The position numbers and the translations under genes are program-made. Positions 34,185 through 36,057 of a stretch of DNA of 36,057 nt are shown in pieces (position 1 is the first letter of the stretch; each line of letters opens with the position of its first letter). This DNA is from a virus (Duplodnaviria > Caudoviricetes), in IMG/VR virus record IMGVR_UViG_3300033407_000073, positions 1 to 36,057 of that record; one strand, written 5' to 3'. The notes beneath the pieces are model-generated. The model was not told the origin of the DNA. It made no database searches and saw only the letters and a program-made list of their open reading frames with translations.

Positions 34185-34257
34185 CGGGGTGGCTGCTGGC
34201 AGCCCGCCAGGACTCATAACCCTGGTCCCGCCGGTTCGATTCCGGCCCCCGCGACCA
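34183..34257 (+). tRNA. tRNA with CAT anticodon (fMet-like, atypical)
   Basis: Acceptor gcgggg/ccccgc with 1:72 mismatch, loop ctCATaa, T arm gccgg-ttcgatt-ccggc, encoded CCA. Confidence 0.85.
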
Positions 34258-34306
34258 ACGCACACGACCGGCGTTCAACGGTCGGCGACTCCACTAGGAG
34301 GAACCC

Positions 34307-34846
34307 ATGCCGGAAGGCACAGAAACGCCCCCAGAGGGCGGCAAGACGTTCACCCAGGAGCAGATCGACGACCTCGTTGAGAAGCGACTGGCCAGGGAAC
34401 GGGAGAAATACTCGGACTACGAAGACCTGAAGTCTCAGGTCAAGGCACTCGCCGACGAGAAGAAGAAGCTCGAGGACGAGGGCAAGTCCGACTCGGAGAA
34501 GGTCAGCGAACAACTGGCCGCACTCCAAAAGCAGCTCGAGGAGGAGAAGCAGGCCCGGACCAAGTCCGAAGCCGAAGCGCTCCGTCTCCGTGTTGCCCAG
34601 GCGAAGGGCCTCTCTGAGGCTCAGGCGCGTCGACTCCAGGGCGCCACTCGCGAGGAGCTGGAGGCTGACGCCGACGACCTTTTGGAGTCGTTCGGCGGGA
34701 AGAAGGACGAACCGAAATCCGACAAGGGTGGCGGCCGTCCCAGAGAGAACCTCCAACCCGGAGCCTCAAACGAGAACGACGACGACGAGCTCACCGCCGA
34801 ACAGGGCGACAAGATCGCCGCGTCGATCCTCAACCCCGACGCCTGA
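34307..34846 (+). CDS. Capsid scaffolding protein
   Basis: KTFTQEQIDDLVEKRLARER..Y.DY..LK, RLQG.T.EEL.ADA; charged coiled coil. Confidence 0.9.
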   Translation: MPEGTETPPEGGKTFTQEQIDDLVEKRLAREREKYSDYEDLKSQVKALADEKKKLEDEGKSDSEKVSEQLAALQKQLEEEKQARTKSEAEALRLRVAQAKGLSEAQARRLQGATREELEADADDLLESFGGKKDEPKSDKGGGRPRENLQPGASNENDDDELTAEQGDKIAASILNPDA

Positions 34847-34890
34847 CCGATCGCTCATGTGACGGTCAGCCCAAGTAAGGAGGGCCAGAA

Positions 34891-35784
34891 ATGGCTTTTA
34901 TCACTGAACAGGCGGGACCGATTTCGCGTATTGCAGCTCCGCTGTTGGCGCGTTCGCTGGTCCTACCGATGACCGTCACCCGTGTCCCCCGGACCGACTT
35001 TCAGGGTCCGTCCGGTGCTACGGTGAACGTGCGTGTCCCCCAGCCCGGAGCGGGCGAAGAGCAGGCCGCTGGAGGCGGCAACCTGACCGCCGAAGAGATC
35101 GTCGAAGTCTCGGTGGCTGTCGAGGTCAAGCTCCAGCAGTTCCTCGCGAACCTGGACGAGTACCAGCTGAACCTGGAGATCGAGGACTTCGCCCGTCAGG
35201 TGACCGCCATCCAGGTGGAGGCTGTCGCCCGCCGCTGTGAGGCGAAGGTCGCGACGGTCCTGAACGACCTGGCCGCCGACATCATGTTCGCCGCCACGGC
35301 GACGGCGGCCGACACGAAGGCCACGGTCCTGGCCGCAAGGGAGGCCCTGTCCGAAGCCGACGCCCCTCCGGGCGGCCGGTTCCTGGCGTGTTCCCCGTCG
35401 ATCGTCTCGCGGCTGTTGCAGGTCGACGAATTCGTGCGGGCCGATGCGTCCGGTGCGACCACCGCCTTGCGTCAGGCCGACGTGGGCAGCGTCTACGGGT
35501 TGCGTGTCGTGGAGTCGAACTCCCTCGACGAGGACCAAGCGGTCGCTTACCACCAGTCCGCGTTCGTCTTCGCGACGTTCCCCCCGATGAACCCCGCCGG
35601 CGCGACGTCGTCTGCGGTGGCCACCCATCAGGGCATCGCGGTGCGGACGCTGTTCCAATACAACCCGGTGTCCGCGACGGAACAGGCGCTCGTGTCGGCG
35701 TTCGCTGGTGCAGCGTCGGTGACGGACGGGCCCGACAACTCCACGACCCCACGGTTCGTGAAGCTCGGTGTCGACAGCTCCTGA
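34891..35784 (+). CDS. Major capsid protein
   Basis: Follows scaffold; DFQG..G.TVNVRVP, P..GRFL..SP, G.VYG..V.ESN; TAAGGAGG RBS. Confidence 0.88.
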   Translation: MAFITEQAGPISRIAAPLLARSLVLPMTVTRVPRTDFQGPSGATVNVRVPQPGAGEEQAAGGGNLTAEEIVEVSVAVEVKLQQFLANLDEYQLNLEIEDFARQVTAIQVEAVARRCEAKVATVLNDLAADIMFAATATAADTKATVLAAREALSEADAPPGGRFLACSPSIVSRLLQVDEFVRADASGATTALRQADVGSVYGLRVVESNSLDEDQAVAYHQSAFVFATFPPMNPAGATSSAVATHQGIAVRTLFQYNPVSATEQALVSAFAGAASVTDGPDNSTTPRFVKLGVDSS

Positions 35785-35787
35785 GCT

Positions 35788-36057
35788 GTGGTAGCCGTCT
35801 GTGTCCCCTGGCGACCCGGTGACCCCCACCGGAACGCCAACTGGAACCATGTCCGCACCTTCTGGTCGGACTACCCGGTGTTCGTAGGGGACACGGACGG
35901 CCCGTTCAACAGGGCGGCCGCACGCAACAAGGCGGCCGCCCAAACCGATGCAGACATCCTCATCTTCGGGGATGCGGACACGGTCGGAGATCACCAGGCC
36001 ATCCGTGAGGCGGTAGATCACGCCTCAGAGACGGGCGAGTTGACGTATCCGCACACC
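35788..36057 (+). CDS. Glycosyltransferase, 5' part (continues to 550 across the junction)
   Basis: GTG 3 nt after capsid stop; frame continuous with the ORF ending at 550. Confidence 0.85.
   Translation, partial: MVAVCVPWRPGDPHRNANWNHVRTFWSDYPVFVGDTDGPFNRAAARNKAAAQTDADILIFGDADTVGDHQAIREAVDHASETGELTYPHT
35931..36057. repeat. 127-bp terminal overlap, copy 2
   Basis: Identical to 1-127. Confidence 0.97.

Noticed and set aside
34183-34257. tRNA as the integration site
   Set aside because: It is a full-length gene far from the integrase, and integration here would split the head operon.
35931-36057. 127-bp end repeat as a biological terminal repeat
   Set aside because: It falls mid-gene and its length matches a common assembler k-mer; the likely real ends are near 27800-27900.

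Overview
This window is an apparently complete, circularly permuted ~35.9-kb high-GC temperate siphovirus genome, probably infecting Actinomycetota. Bases 1-127 are identical to 35931-36057, consistent with an assembly overlap. In circular order it carries: HNH/cos region, terminase small and large subunits, portal, MuF-like minor head protein, a direct-repeat-flanked four-gene structural cassette, tRNA(CAT), scaffold and major capsid. A tightly coupled glycan-modification cluster follows (GT2-like glycosyltransferase across the contig junction, ParB-like/SAM-methyltransferase fusion, polysaccharide pyruvyl transferase-like, Stealth-like phosphotransferase). Next come head-tail connectors, major tail, a -1 frameshifted tail chaperone, tape measure, minor tail proteins, an antisense FkbM methyltransferase, lysis genes, a short tyrosine integrase, a repressor/cro switch and a long early operon (ERF, replication initiator-like, DnaJ-domain, NDT-like, ParB-like, many small genes). 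The most notable points are (1) the late-operon glycan-modification cluster next to the capsid gene, (2) the repeat-flanked structural cassette, (3) an integrase/repressor layout suggesting attP inside the repressor gene, (4) gene-boundary repeats in the early region and (5) an RBS-sequestering pseudoknot-like intergenic RNA. All product calls come from motif recognition by eye; no searches were run.
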